A stretch of 64,000 bases of DNA from Ignavibacteriota bacterium (GCA_016707525.1 JADJHP010000001.1:702103-766102), one strand, 5' to 3'. Shown: positions 28,230 through 38,752, counted from the stretch's first letter. The notes: generated by a model not told the origin, from the letters alone. Numbers and translations are program-made.

Positions 28230-29272
28230 TGTACGAACTCCTCTACGCCATCGGATGAAAGTGCGCTGATGCGCGCACGGACTTTGTCAAATTCAGGTCC
28301 GGGGGCCAGCCACGAAGGCTGGAAATCACAACGCACCGGAAGGACCCGGATCCTTCCGACGCGACACACCGAATCGGCCTTTTCGATGCTCACCGACAGA
28401 GCGATCGCGTGCTCCGCCCAGAATTTCCCCGGTTGACGGAACACAAAATTGCCCAGGGAGTGAGCGATCCATTTGTCGCCCCGGCGTTCAAGGCCATGCG
28501 GCACATGCGGATGATGGCCCAGGACAAGATCAGCCCCCGCGGCCAGTGCCGCACGCATGAATGCACGCACACGCTCGGGCGCACGCCCGGTATACTCATC
28601 ACCACCGTGATAACTCAGGATACGGAAATCCGCGGAATCCTGCCATACCCTGAGGCGAGGAAACAGCCGGCCCGTATCTGCAGGGGCGACAACGTGTTCC
28701 CATCCCCGGGGCGAGCCGTTGACGAAATCGGTGACCGCAAAAACGGCGATTTTGATGCCATTGCGTATGATCACGGCGGGCCGGTACACGTCCCCGGCGG
28801 GAGTCGCGGAACCGGCGTACGCGATCCCCACGGAATCAAGCCACCGGAGCGTCTCACGCGCTGCCCCGGCACCAAAATCGAGCGCATGATTATTCGCGGT
28901 GGAGACAACGGTCACGCCGCCCCGCAGTAAGGACCATGCCGCGACCGGTGGTGCGGTGAAGATCAGGTTGTTCCGCGGATGTTCGGTCAGTCCCCCCTGT
29001 TCGGATACCGGACACTCAAGGTTCGCAAAGACGATGTCGTGGCGGGCGAGTTCCGGGGCAACGTTCACGAAGGGATGAAGCGTATCTCCCGTGAGGAGGA
29101 TGCGGCCCACGCGCCGGCCGAGATTGATGTCGCCGAGCGCAAGAAGCTCGACGCGACAGGTGTCGCTCACCACAGCCACGGGCGCGGAAGCAACCCGCAG
29201 GGTGTCGTGCTGGACGTCGCCCGCGAAGGTGAAGAGGACCAGCAGAAGAGTTACGCCGAGCAACGCGTGCAT
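28223..29272 (-). CDS. CapA/PGA_cap family metallophosphatase-like protein (poly-gamma-glutamate/capsule biosynthesis family).
   Basis: LLALGDINLGRR, ANLECP, STANNHALDFG, SYHGGDEY and GHHPHVPHG motifs are typical of the CapA family. Confidence 0.75.
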   Translation of the reverse strand: MHALLGVTLLLVLFTFAGDVQHDTLRVASAPVAVVSDTCRVELLALGDINLGRRVGRILLTGDTLHPFVNVAPELARHDIVFANLECPVSEQGGLTEHPRNNLIFTAPPVAAWSLLRGGVTVVSTANNHALDFGAGAARETLRWLDSVGIAYAGSATPAGDVYRPAVIIRNGIKIAVFAVTDFVNGSPRGWEHVVAPADTGRLFPRLRVWQDSADFRILSYHGGDEYTGRAPERVRAFMRAALAAGADLVLGHHPHVPHGLERRGDKWIAHSLGNFVFRQPGKFWAEHAIALSVSIEKADSVCRVGRIRVLPVRCDFQPSWLAPGPEFDKVRARISALSSDGVEEFVQW

Positions 29273-29275
29273 CCG

Positions 29276-29584
29276 TCAATTCCTCACGCTGAACAGGAGA
29301 TACACTGCGACAGCGACGCTCCCGATGAGCACGATCGGTTCCACGAGAGAAGAGAACATGCCGGAGGGAGGGGCCACACCGTGTGTGGAGGGTATGCCGG
29401 GAGACTCCAGGGATTCGAAACCCACCACGGGCACGGTATCACGGACGGAGGATGTGAAGGGGCGGGACACGAGGATCGCTCCGGTTCCCACTTCCACGAG
29501 TTTCACGGTGCCGGCCAGACGCACCGTGCGGTCCATCACCTGTTCACCGAAGATCCACGTGCGGCGCGCATCCTCATAGGTCAC
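29276..29584 (-). CDS. Hypothetical protein with C-terminal TM anchor.
   Basis: 102-aa ORF, ATGA overlap with the upstream ORF. Hydrophobic C-terminus PIVLIGSVAVAVYLLF. No recognisable family. Confidence 0.35.
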   Translation of the reverse strand: MTYEDARRTWIFGEQVMDRTVRLAGTVKLVEVGTGAILVSRPFTSSVRDTVPVVGFESLESPGIPSTHGVAPPSGMFSSLVEPIVLIGSVAVAVYLLFSVRN

Positions 29585-29895
29585 CCCGATCTGTTCGAGG
29601 CCGAAGCGTGCATCACACTGTGCCGCAGATCTTCGGACGGCACGAGCCCATGTGCGCGTGCGGACGAATGAATGACGTGTTCAAGGTACCATGCATGTGC
29701 AGCGGGCTGGACCACGGAGCGAACAGTCGCATTTCCCGGAGTGGCAGGAACTGCGAACAGGCTATCGGCCACGGCGGACATCAACTCCTGGAAGACCCGC
29801 ACCGTAGGTTTCGGTGCGGGCGGATCATCTGCGCGGAGCGTCGCCGGGACAACGGCAGCAACTCCGGCCAGGAGAAGCATGAGGATACGCTTCAT
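29581..29895 (-). CDS. Hypothetical secreted protein.
   Basis: Signal peptide MKRILMLLLAGVAAVVPATLRA. No recognisable family; translationally coupled to the next ORF. Confidence 0.35.
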   Translation of the reverse strand: MKRILMLLLAGVAAVVPATLRADDPPAPKPTVRVFQELMSAVADSLFAVPATPGNATVRSVVQPAAHAWYLEHVIHSSARAHGLVPSEDLRHSVMHASASNRSG

Positions 29896-29917
29896 GCGAG
29901 GCTCTCCGGACGCCGGA

Positions 29918-30205
29918 TCAAGCGGGCTGCTGCTGTGATGCGGCGCTCTGTCCGGACTGCCGTGAGAGCATGGACGGGCGGTACAGAATGCCGAGCGGGA
30001 TCAGCACGCAGTAGCCCAGCAACAAAAGGATCGGTGCTGCAACAAGCGGAAGGAACCCTTCAACACTTCCTTCGGCCATTGCCGCATAGCCCAGCACAAT
30101 GGAGGCCAGGCCTGCACCCATGATCATGAAATTATGTTTCGTGAACGGCAGATGATCGTCGGCCAGGGACTTCCGGGTCCGACCCTTGGTCCTGATTGCT
30201 TTTGC
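29918..30205 (-). CDS. DUF3098-family small membrane protein.
   Basis: MAKAIRTKG...LPFTKHNFMIMGAGLASIVLGYAAM...: basic N-terminus plus two TM helices, typical of Bacteroidota DUF3098. Start inferred at GTG (30205); the track ORF extends to 30244. Confidence 0.45.
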   Translation of the reverse strand, partial: AKAIRTKGRTRKSLADDHLPFTKHNFMIMGAGLASIVLGYAAMAEGSVEGFLPLVAAPILLLLGYCVLIPLGILYRPSMLSRQSGQSAASQQQPA

Positions 30206-30237
30206 CACGGGTATGTTCTCCGTTACAAGGTGACCCC

Positions 30238-30280
30238 CCCACAAAACAAAAGCCCAGCGTTGGGGGGAACGCCGGGCTTG
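30238..30280 (-). terminator. Rho-independent terminator downstream of lolD.
   Basis: Hairpin aagcccagcgtt-gggggg-aacgccgggctt. On the minus strand it is followed by UUUGUUUUGU. Confidence 0.5.
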
Positions 30281-30416
30281 ACCATGTTACGTACAACAGT
30301 CAGGGGAGAAACTGTCGTATAGGTCAACCGTAAATATAAGGGATTCATTCTCAATGTCAAGTGGTCTGACGCAAAATTCCCATAAAAAAATCTAAACGCA
30401 GGTTTTTGCGTGCGTT

Positions 30417-31118
30417 TCATCGTTGGTGCATCGCCCCATCGGCGATCCTCATCACGCGGTCAGCCTTGCCTGCAAGCGACTCGTTATGCGTCACGACGAT
30501 GAACGTTTGCCCCTTCCTCCTGCTCAGATCCCAGATCAAACGGTGCAGCAGATCCGCGTTCGCGCTGTCGAGATTTCCCGAGGGCTCATCGGCCAGGATG
30601 ACATGCGGTTCATTGATCAGCGCGCGCGCCACGGCAACGCGCTGTTGTTCACCACCTGAGAGTTCCGAGGGGCGCGCGTCGGCACGTCCGGCAACCCCGA
30701 CCTCTTCGAGCAATGCGATCGCGCGTCCCCGCACATCGGCGAGCCTCGCACCGTTGATGAGCGCAGGCATCGCGACATTCTCCACAGCGGAGAACTCCGG
30801 GAGCAAATGATGGAACTGAAAGACGAAGCCGATCGACCGGTTGCGGAAGCGCGCAAGCTCCTCGTCATCCAGCGCGAACACGTTCTTTCCGCCGACGATC
30901 ACCTCGCCCGATGTCGGGCGGTCCAGTGTCCCGAGGATATGGAGCAGCGTGCTCTTCCCTGCCCCGGAAGCGCCGACGATCGCGATGATCTCCCCCGCCG
31001 TGATGTCAAGGGACACGCCGCGCAGCACACACAACTTCCCTGTGGCCCGGTCGCCGGTGAAGAACGTCTTCGTGATCTCCCGCGCACTGATCAGCGGTCC
31101 CAGCTCTGTCGTCGCCAT
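30417..31118 (-). CDS. lolD: Lipoprotein-releasing system ATP-binding protein LolD.
   Basis: Walker A GASGAGKSTLLH, signature LSGGEQQRVAVARAL, Walker B ILADEPSGNLD. Start at MATTELG. Confidence 0.8.
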   Translation of the reverse strand: MATTELGPLISAREITKTFFTGDRATGKLCVLRGVSLDITAGEIIAIVGASGAGKSTLLHILGTLDRPTSGEVIVGGKNVFALDDEELARFRNRSIGFVFQFHHLLPEFSAVENVAMPALINGARLADVRGRAIALLEEVGVAGRADARPSELSGGEQQRVAVARALINEPHVILADEPSGNLDSANADLLHRLIWDLSRRKGQTFIVVTHNESLAGKADRVMRIADGAMHQR

Positions 31119-31126
31119 AGGACTGA

Positions 31127-32357
31127 CTACTCCCATCGGATGGCCTGCACGGGCGTGAGGCTGGCAGCCCGCCGTGCAGGATACAAGGATGCAAGAAAAC
31201 TGAGGAGCATGGACGCGCCCGCAACGGCAATGAAATCGGTCCACCGCACCTCGACCGGGATCGCCGGTATGATATAGACGGTCGGATCAAGGGGGAACAG
31301 GCCGAACCTGATCTGCAGATAGCACACGAACAGACCCCAGCACCGACCCCAGGACGGTCCCGAGCGTACCGACCAGCAGCCCTTCCACCATGAAGATGCG
31401 CAGGATGCTGCTGCGTGTCGCCCCGAGCGCCTTCAAGACCCCGATGTCCCGGCGCTTCTCGATCACGCCCATCGTCAGAGACCCCAGCACATTGAATGAC
31501 GCGACGCCGACGATCAGACAGAGGATGATGTACGCGGTCCACCGCTCGATCTGCATCACCGAATACAGGTCCTTGTGCAGGTCGAACCACGTCGACACGC
31601 GGTATGCCGGACCCAGGGCCTTCTGCAGGTCGTCGCGCGTCTCGTCCGACACCTCGATCGTGTGCAGCCGTACATCGACACCGTTCACCGTGCCATCCAT
31701 CTGGAAGATCTCGCGTGCGGTCTCGAGGGAGACGAACGCATAGTGGGCATCATAGTCCTTGTTGTTCGAATCGTAGATGCCCCGCACCGCGCACGGGCGG
31801 ATGATGGGATCGCTCAGCTGCACCATCATGGCATCCACGCCCACAGGACTGAGGATCGCGAGCTGTGCATCGACCATCGTCCCCATCCTGTCCGCGAGTG
31901 TCTGCCCCAGGACAACACCCGACTCGCCGGGGGTATCACCGAACGCGAACGCTCCGAGGACCGTCCGTTGCTTCACTCCGGAGACCCCCTCGATGGTCGA
32001 ATCGACCACGCCCTTGACCATCACGACCTTATGCATCCTGTTCGCGATCATCAATGCCTTCCCCGCGATGTAGGGAGCGGCAGCAGCAACGCGGGGGTCA
32101 CGCCGGACCACATCCAGCACGCTGTCGGTCGAGGCCAGGGACGGCCCGCTGGCCGCCTCGATGCGGAGATGGGGGTCGAAACCCACCAGGACCTTCGTCA
32201 CCACGCTGTTGAAGCCATTGAACACGGACAGCACGATGATCAGCGCGGCAACGCCGACGGTGATGCCGATGATGGACACGAGCATGATGATATTGATGAA
32301 GCGGATCTGCCGCTTCGACCGCACCAGCCGGGCCGCTATGAACCGTTCAAAGTACAT
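31127..32357 (-). CDS. LolC/E-family lipoprotein-release permease (FtsX-like), frameshifted near 31333..31340.
   Basis: N-terminal 356 aa (MacB_PCD periplasmic domain plus FtsX TMs) ends ...VLGSVLGSV. The last ~60 aa (CYLQIRFGLFPLDPTVYIIPAIPV...LYPARRAASLTPVQAIRWE) are in another frame (ORF 31127..31327). Confidence 0.65.
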
Positions 32358-33574
32358 TCAGGAGAACCTGATGGCTGAGACAGGATCGAGGCGTGCGGCG
32401 AGCCGCGCCGGCACGAGGGCACTCAGGAGACAGAGCGCAACGGTGATCACGGAGACCAGCGCAAAATCCTCCCACCGCAGCAGCACCGGCACCGACGTCA
32501 TGAAATAGATGTCGCTGGGAAGCGAGAAGATGTGCAATTCCTGCTGCGCAAGAGCGCAGAGAATGCCAGGAGATCGCCGAGGGCGGTGCCGAGCAATGCG
32601 ATGAAGAGCCCCTGGCGGAGGAAAATAAGCGTGATCCCCCACCTGGTCGCCCCCATCGCGGCGAGCACACCCACTTCCCTCGTCTTGTCCAGCACCATCA
32701 TCAGCAGCGTTCCGATGATGTTCACGGTGGCGACGATGATGATGAGCCCGAGGATGATCGGGATGGGTTTCTTCTGGAGTTCGATCCAGCTGAAGAGATT
32801 CCGGTAGGATTCGAAGACCGTCCGCGCGAAATGCGGATATCCGAGCATGTCGGTGATCCGCTCTGCGACAGCGTCCGCGCTGTCGGCGCGGCTGAGCTGG
32901 ATGTCGTACCCGGAGACCGCATCCGGCACCTGGAAGAGGATCTGCGCCTCCTTCAACGGGGCGTAGGCATAGACATCATCGTATTCCGCCATCCCGCTCT
33001 CGTAGATCCCGGTCACCTTGAACGCCATCGCACGCCCCTGCCCGCCCTCCAGGATGCGCCCGACGCCGAACACGACGACCTTGTCTCCGACGTCGACCGC
33101 GAGCCGCGAGGCGAGTTTCCGTCCGAGCACGATCCCGGGTGTGGCACCCTGCGGCTGCTCCAGGATGAACTCACCGGCGACCATATACTTCCGCGCGGCC
33201 AGTTCCTCCTTGGTCCCGTCGATCCCTTTGAGAAGGATGCCGTCCACGCCGTGGCGCGACCGGATCAACGCTTCGCGCGCGACGTACGGGATGACGCCGA
33301 TGACGGAGGGTGAACAGGTGGAGATGCGGAGGGCGTTCTCGCGGTACTCGCGCAAAGGCAAGTTCTGAAACCCGCTCACCTGCACGTGGCTCGTGAAGCC
33401 GACCACCTTTTCGGTGATCTCCTTCTCGAACCCGCCGAGAACGGAGAGCGCGATGATGAGGGTCGCGGTGCCGAGCATCACGCCCAGCACCGAGATCCCG
33501 GCAATGAATGAAAAGAACCCCGCATTGCGGCGTGACCGGAGGTAACGCGACGCGATGAAGTGGGTGTACTGCAT
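32358..33574 (-). CDS. Second LolC/E-family permease paralog, frameshifted near 32558..32571.
   Basis: N-terminal 358-aa ORF ends ...GTALGDLLAFS. The conserved C-terminus ...GILCALAQQELHIFSLPSDIYFMTSVPVLL...LVPARLAARLDPVSAIRFS is in the -1 frame (ORF 32358..32642). Confidence 0.65.
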
Positions 33575-33575
33575 C

Positions 33576-34686
33576 TTATGATGGACCCTTCGTCCCTGAA
33601 GCCATCAGGAAGCCGCGCATGAATGCATCAAGGTCGCCGTCCATGACGGCGGCCACATTGCTCGTCTCGATATCCGTCCGGTGGTCTTTCACCAGGTTGT
33701 ACGGATGGAAGACATAGGAGCGGATCTGGCTCCCCCACTCGATCTTCTTCTTGGTGTTCTCGATCGCATCCCGCTTCGCCTCTTCCTCTTCCTTGCGTCG
33801 CTGGTACAACTGCGACTTCAGCATCTTGATGGCGCGTTCCTTGTTCTGGAACTGCGAACGCTCCTGCTGACAGGCAACGATGATACCGGAGGGGACGTGG
33901 GTGATACGCACCGCGGTCTCGACCTTGTTCACATTCTGCCCGCCCTTGCCGCCCGAACGGAACGTGTCGACCTTCAGGTCCACAGGATTGACCTCGATCT
34001 CGACGTCGTCCTCCATCTCCGGATAGACGAACACGGAAGCGAACGACGTGTGGCGGCGTGCGTTGGCATCGAACGGCGAGATGCGGACGAGCCGGTGCAC
34101 ACCGTTCTCCGCCTTGAGGTACCCGTACGCGTACTGCCCGGTCACTTCGACCGCCGCACTCTTGATCCCCGCCGAGTCACCGTCCTGACGGTCCACCAAC
34201 GCCACCGTGAACCCCTTCGCTTCCGCCCAGCGGATGTACATCCGCAGCAGCATCTCGCCCCAGTCCTGCGCCTCCGTACCACCGGCCCCGGCATGGATCA
34301 CGAGGATGCAGTTCCGCTCATCGTCCACACCGCTGAGCATGTTCCGGAACTCGAGCTCCTCCATCCCGGTGCGCACGGTCTGCAGTTCACCCACGATCTC
34401 AGCTTCGTAGGAACCCTCTCCCGACTCTTCCGCAAGTTCGATCAGGGACTGCGCGTCATCCAGTTTTCGTGCGAGGGCCGTCCACTGATCGATCCACGAC
34501 TTTCGTCCGGCGATCTCCTGCATCACCTTCTGGGCGGCAACATTGTCGTCCCAGAAACTCGCCGCGTGCGACCGTGCCTGCAGCTCTGCTACGATCTTTT
34601 CCTTGCCATCGAGGTCAAAGATAACCTCGGAGACCCTTGAGCCGTTCCGTGAGTTCCTTGATGCCTGCTTTCTGATTCTCGAACAT
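33576..34686 (-). CDS. prfB: Peptide chain release factor 2 with programmed +1 ribosomal frameshift: join(34686..34618, 34616..33576) on the minus strand.
   Basis: Frame-0 [26 protein letters not shown] ends at CUU UGA C, preceded by an SD-like GAGG. The +1 frame continues DLDGKEK... into the RF2 body with SPF ([16 protein letters not shown]) and GGQ ([12 protein letters not shown]) motifs. Confidence 0.85.
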
Positions 34687-34761
34687 TGTCGTATCCTTCT
34701 TCACACTCTTGTATAGACAGTTGCCGCCCTCGGGCGGTTGACAGACGGATCAAGACGCGGC

Positions 34762-36528
34762 TCAGACCGTACGGATATGCAGTTCCCGGAGTTGCTTCTC
34801 GTCCACTTCATTCGGGGCTTCATCCATCAACGACACCGCACTGGCGGTCTTCGGGAACGCAATGACGTCCCGGATCGACTTCATGCCGGTGAGGAGCATC
34901 ATCAGACGGTCGAACCCGAAGGCGATCCCGCCGTGTGGCGGGGCACCGAACCGGAACGCTGAGAGGAGGAACCCGAACTTCCGGTTCGCTTCCTCTTCAC
35001 CGATCCCCATCAATGCGAACATCTTCTTCTGGAGCGTCTGGTCGAAGATACGGATGCTTCCGCCTGCGATCTCGGTGCCGTTCAGCACGAGATCATAGGC
35101 GCGCGCGCGCACCTTCCCCGTCTCGGTGTCGAGGAGCGCGATATCATCCGCATGCGGCGACGTGAACGGATGGTGCACCGCCACGAACCGCTTTTCCTCA
35201 TCGTCATATTCCAGGAGCGGGAACTCCGTCACCCAGAGCATCGCGGTCTTCGTCTCGTCGATCAGGTTCAACCGCCGCGCCATCTCCAGGCGGAGCATCC
35301 CGAGGAAATTGTATGCCCGGCTCCATGTGTCAGAGATCATCATGACCAGGTCGCCCTGCTTCCCGCCCAGGTGCGTGGTGATGCGTTCCAGAAGCTCCTT
35401 GCCCAGGAACTTTTCGTTCGGACTTTCCAGACCGTTCTCGGTCCACTTGATGTACACAAGCCCGCCTGCACCGAGCGACTTCGAAAAGTCGACAAGATTG
35501 TCCATCTGGTTCCGCGTGAACGACGCGCCGCCGGGGACCACAAAGCCACCGACCACCCCGCCGCGCTTGACGTTCTCCGAGAACACCTTGAACGGCGCCT
35601 CGCGCACGAGGTCGTTCAGGCAGCCGATCTCCAGGCCGAACCGTGTGTCGGGCTTGTCGCTGCCATACCGCTCCATCGCTTCTTTGTACGTGAGCCGCGG
35701 CAACGGGAGCGTCAGGTCCACGCCCTTGAATTCCTTGTAGACGCGCTGCATCAATCCTTCGGTAAGGTCGCGGATATCGGATTCATCCACGAAGGACATT
35801 TCCACGTCGATCTGCGTGAACTCCGGCTGGCGGTCCGCCCGCAGGTCCTCATCCCGGAAGCACTTCACGATCTGCATATAGCGATCGTACCCGGCCACCA
35901 TCAGGATCTGTTTGTAGGTCTGCGGCGACTGCGGTAAGGCATAGAACTTTCCGCGATGCACGCGGCTCGGCACGAGGTAGTCGCGCGCCCCCTCGGGCGT
36001 GCTCTTCATGAGAACAGGGGTCTCCACCTCGATGAACTGCCGCTCGTGGAAATAGGCATGCACGAGCTGATACAGCTGGTGCCGGAGCATCATGTTCCGC
36101 TGGAGCTCGGGCCGGCGAAGGTCAAGGTAGCGGTATTTCAACCGTATATCCTCGTTCGCCTCCACGCTGTCATCGATGGGGAACGGTGGCGTGTCGGCTT
36201 TGCTCAGGATCTGCAGATCGTCCGCCAGGACGTCGATCATCCCGGTCGGCAGGTCCGGATTCTCCGTTCCTGCGGGGCGCTTCTCCACCACCCCGGAGAC
36301 GGAGATCACAAATTCGCTCCTGAGCTCTTTCGCAAGCTGGTAGGCATCGGCGTTATTCTGCGGATTGAACACCACCTGGGTCTTGCCGTAACGGTCACGG
36401 CAATCGATGAAAATGACACCGCCAAGGTCCCTGCGGACATCGACCCACCCGTTCAGGGTGACCCGTGTCCCGGTCGATTCCAGACGTAATGCACCGCAGG
36501 TGTGTGTTCTTTTCGTGAAAGTCGCCAC
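34762..36528 (-). CDS. aspS: Aspartate--tRNA ligase.
   Basis: 588 aa; N-terminal OB anticodon-binding domain; class II motifs (FRDEDLRADRQPEFTQID, GGSIR..., GFDRLMMLL). Confidence 0.9.
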   Translation of the reverse strand: MATFTKRTHTCGALRLESTGTRVTLNGWVDVRRDLGGVIFIDCRDRYGKTQVVFNPQNNADAYQLAKELRSEFVISVSGVVEKRPAGTENPDLPTGMIDVLADDLQILSKADTPPFPIDDSVEANEDIRLKYRYLDLRRPELQRNMMLRHQLYQLVHAYFHERQFIEVETPVLMKSTPEGARDYLVPSRVHRGKFYALPQSPQTYKQILMVAGYDRYMQIVKCFRDEDLRADRQPEFTQIDVEMSFVDESDIRDLTEGLMQRVYKEFKGVDLTLPLPRLTYKEAMERYGSDKPDTRFGLEIGCLNDLVREAPFKVFSENVKRGGVVGGFVVPGGASFTRNQMDNLVDFSKSLGAGGLVYIKWTENGLESPNEKFLGKELLERITTHLGGKQGDLVMMISDTWSRAYNFLGMLRLEMARRLNLIDETKTAMLWVTEFPLLEYDDEEKRFVAVHHPFTSPHADDIALLDTETGKVRARAYDLVLNGTEIAGGSIRIFDQTLQKKMFALMGIGEEEANRKFGFLLSAFRFGAPPHGGIAFGFDRLMMLLTGMKSIRDVIAFPKTASAVSLMDEAPNEVDEKQLRELHIRTV

Positions 36529-36651
36529 CGTTTACTCCTTCAAGTGAATCTTTAATATAGAGATTTGAAGACAGAGTATCAAACCGAGCCTTGAGCTTTG
36601 CCCCCGATTTGTCTATGTTCCTGAAGATCTGCCACCACCTGAGGGGCTCTC

Positions 36652-38736
36652 ATGCGCACCCGGACCACACTCGTCCTGCTTCTCGTTGTTGTCCTGCCCA
36701 CCCTCCATGCCCAGACGGCCCTCGATCGGGCGAACAAGCGCATCGAGCGTTTGGAGACGATCCTGAGGATCCAGGACCGGAGGACGCAGAACGATGGCTC
36801 GCTCAGCGCCCTGCTCGAGGATGCCGACCCCATCGTCCGGGAACGGGCTGTGCGTGCGTACGCCAGCATCCAGGACAGCAACGCGCTCGGAGTGATCATG
36901 GGCCGGCTGCAGGACCCGGATCGTGACGTCCAGCGGTCCGCCTGTCTCGCCATTGGGCAAACCGCCCTCCCTCTTTCATCCAGCGCACGGGCATCGCTCG
37001 AACGCGAACTGATCTGGAAGCGTCTTCCCGACATTGGCACGCCCTCGGAACTCATGGAAGAACTCGGCAAGTTCGCATCTGCCGATGCGCTCTCCGACCT
37101 CCTCATCCGGTACGGCAACAGTGCGAACGAACAGCATACCGATGGCCTGACCATGGCCCTCGTTCGGTTCGCGATCCGTGGGGTCACCAGCCCTGCGGCA
37201 ACCAGGTATCTTCTGCGCCATACCTATCCACAGGATGCAACGACCTGGCAGACCATGTACGCCCTTCAGCGGACAGGGGCGACACCGGAGATCGCAGCGG
37301 AGATCGAACACCTCGCGCTCCTCCGCCAGCATCCGGATCCGCTCGTCCGCATGAACCTCGCGGCTCTCCTTGGCAAGCTCAAAGACACCCGGGTCGGACT
37401 GGACCCCCTCCGGCGGCTCGCGGAATTCGACAGCGACTGGCGCGTCCGCGTGAATGCCCTCAGGGCACTCACGGCCTTCCCGGTCAGGACCGACCCGAGC
37501 ACGCTGCTTATCTTCCGGCGTGCCTTCTATGACAGTGACAATATGGTCGCCGTCACGGCGCTCGCGGCGTTGCGAAACTCCGACCTCGTTGCGGCCGACA
37601 CGTTGGGAGGTGCAGCAGAGCTCTTCCAGCACCTCCGGCGGCTCGCGATGAACGAATCAGGGAATTTCGTCTGGACCGTGCAGTCTGAAGCCGCACAGTC
37701 GGCCGCGGCGTTGCTCGGTCCGGCCGCGTTCCCGCATGGACTCCCCACTGCCACCACGCCCCGGCACCTGCACGCAGATCTTCTCCGGGCCCTCGGAGCA
37801 ACGGGAGATCCGTCCGGGCTTCGCCGGCTCACCGAAATGTCGCGTTCCTCCGATCCGGTGCGCGCATGTGGTGCCATTGACGGACTCAGTGCGCTCGCCC
37901 GCAGATGCACGTGGGACCAGAGCATTCCCGGATCCGTACGGGGCGCATTGCTCGAGGCCGTGTCATCCGAAGATGTCGCCATCACCGGAACGGCCGCCGG
38001 TGCGCTGACGGACTCCATCATCCGCGATCAGTCGATCGTCCCGCTCTTGCTCAAGGCTCTGAGCGCCCAACGACTCCCTGACGGGCTCGAGGCGATGCAG
38101 GAACTCATCGGCGCCCTCGGCACGATAGGCGATAACCGGGCGGTGCTCCCGCTGCTGGACCACCTCCGTTCCTCCGACCGGACCATCGCGATCGCGGCGG
38201 CAAAAGCGTTGGGCCGGATCACGGGAACGGATTATGTCTCACGCCTCCCCGTCGCACAGGAAGCATTCTACACGGACTTCGACTTCACATTCTTGCGCGC
38301 TCTCCCGGAGACGTTACAGGTATCGCTCGAGACCGCACGCGGGACCATCCAGGCGTCCTTCTACAAGAATGCCGCGCCGTTCACGGTGATGGCACTCGTC
38401 AAGCTCTCGGAGCAACGGGGATTCTACAGGGGCCTCACCTTCCACCGCGTGGTCCCCAATTTCGTCACGCAGGGCGGATGCCCGCGCGGCGACGGCTGGG
38501 GCGGCCCGGGGTTCTCACTCCGTTCGGAGTTCTCTGCATTGCAGTACGGGGAAGGGACCATCGGGATCGCGAGTGCAGGAAAGGACACGGAAGGGTCGCA
38601 GTTCTTCATCACACACTCACCACAGCCACATCTGGACGGGCGCTACACGATCATCGGCAGGGTGACGGAAGGGATGGCGGTCGTCCGCGCCCTGCAGCGG
38701 GACGACCGCATCTTTGACCTGAGGATACAGAGATAG
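36652..38736 (+). CDS. Secreted HEAT/PBS-lyase-repeat protein fused to a C-terminal cyclophilin-type peptidyl-prolyl isomerase.
   Basis: Signal peptide MRTRTTLVLLLVVVLPTLHA. Multiple HEAT-like DxxVRxxAxxALG repeats. C-terminal cyclophilin motifs FHRVVPNFVTQGGCPRGDGWGGPGF and GTIGIASAGKDTEGSQFFIT. Confidence 0.65.
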   Translation: MRTRTTLVLLLVVVLPTLHAQTALDRANKRIERLETILRIQDRRTQNDGSLSALLEDADPIVRERAVRAYASIQDSNALGVIMGRLQDPDRDVQRSACLAIGQTALPLSSSARASLERELIWKRLPDIGTPSELMEELGKFASADALSDLLIRYGNSANEQHTDGLTMALVRFAIRGVTSPAATRYLLRHTYPQDATTWQTMYALQRTGATPEIAAEIEHLALLRQHPDPLVRMNLAALLGKLKDTRVGLDPLRRLAEFDSDWRVRVNALRALTAFPVRTDPSTLLIFRRAFYDSDNMVAVTALAALRNSDLVAADTLGGAAELFQHLRRLAMNESGNFVWTVQSEAAQSAAALLGPAAFPHGLPTATTPRHLHADLLRALGATGDPSGLRRLTEMSRSSDPVRACGAIDGLSALARRCTWDQSIPGSVRGALLEAVSSEDVAITGTAAGALTDSIIRDQSIVPLLLKALSAQRLPDGLEAMQELIGALGTIGDNRAVLPLLDHLRSSDRTIAIAAAKALGRITGTDYVSRLPVAQEAFYTDFDFTFLRALPETLQVSLETARGTIQASFYKNAAPFTVMALVKLSEQRGFYRGLTFHRVVPNFVTQGGCPRGDGWGGPGFSLRSEFSALQYGEGTIGIASAGKDTEGSQFFITHSPQPHLDGRYTIIGRVTEGMAVVRALQRDDRIFDLRIQR

Positions 38737-38752
38737 TATGGCCGCTCGCCGG

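Noticed and set aside
33576-34686. prfB frame disruption as another sequencing-error frameshift
   Set aside because: The site is the canonical CUU UGA C programmed +1 shift with an upstream SD-like element, so it is biological, not an error.
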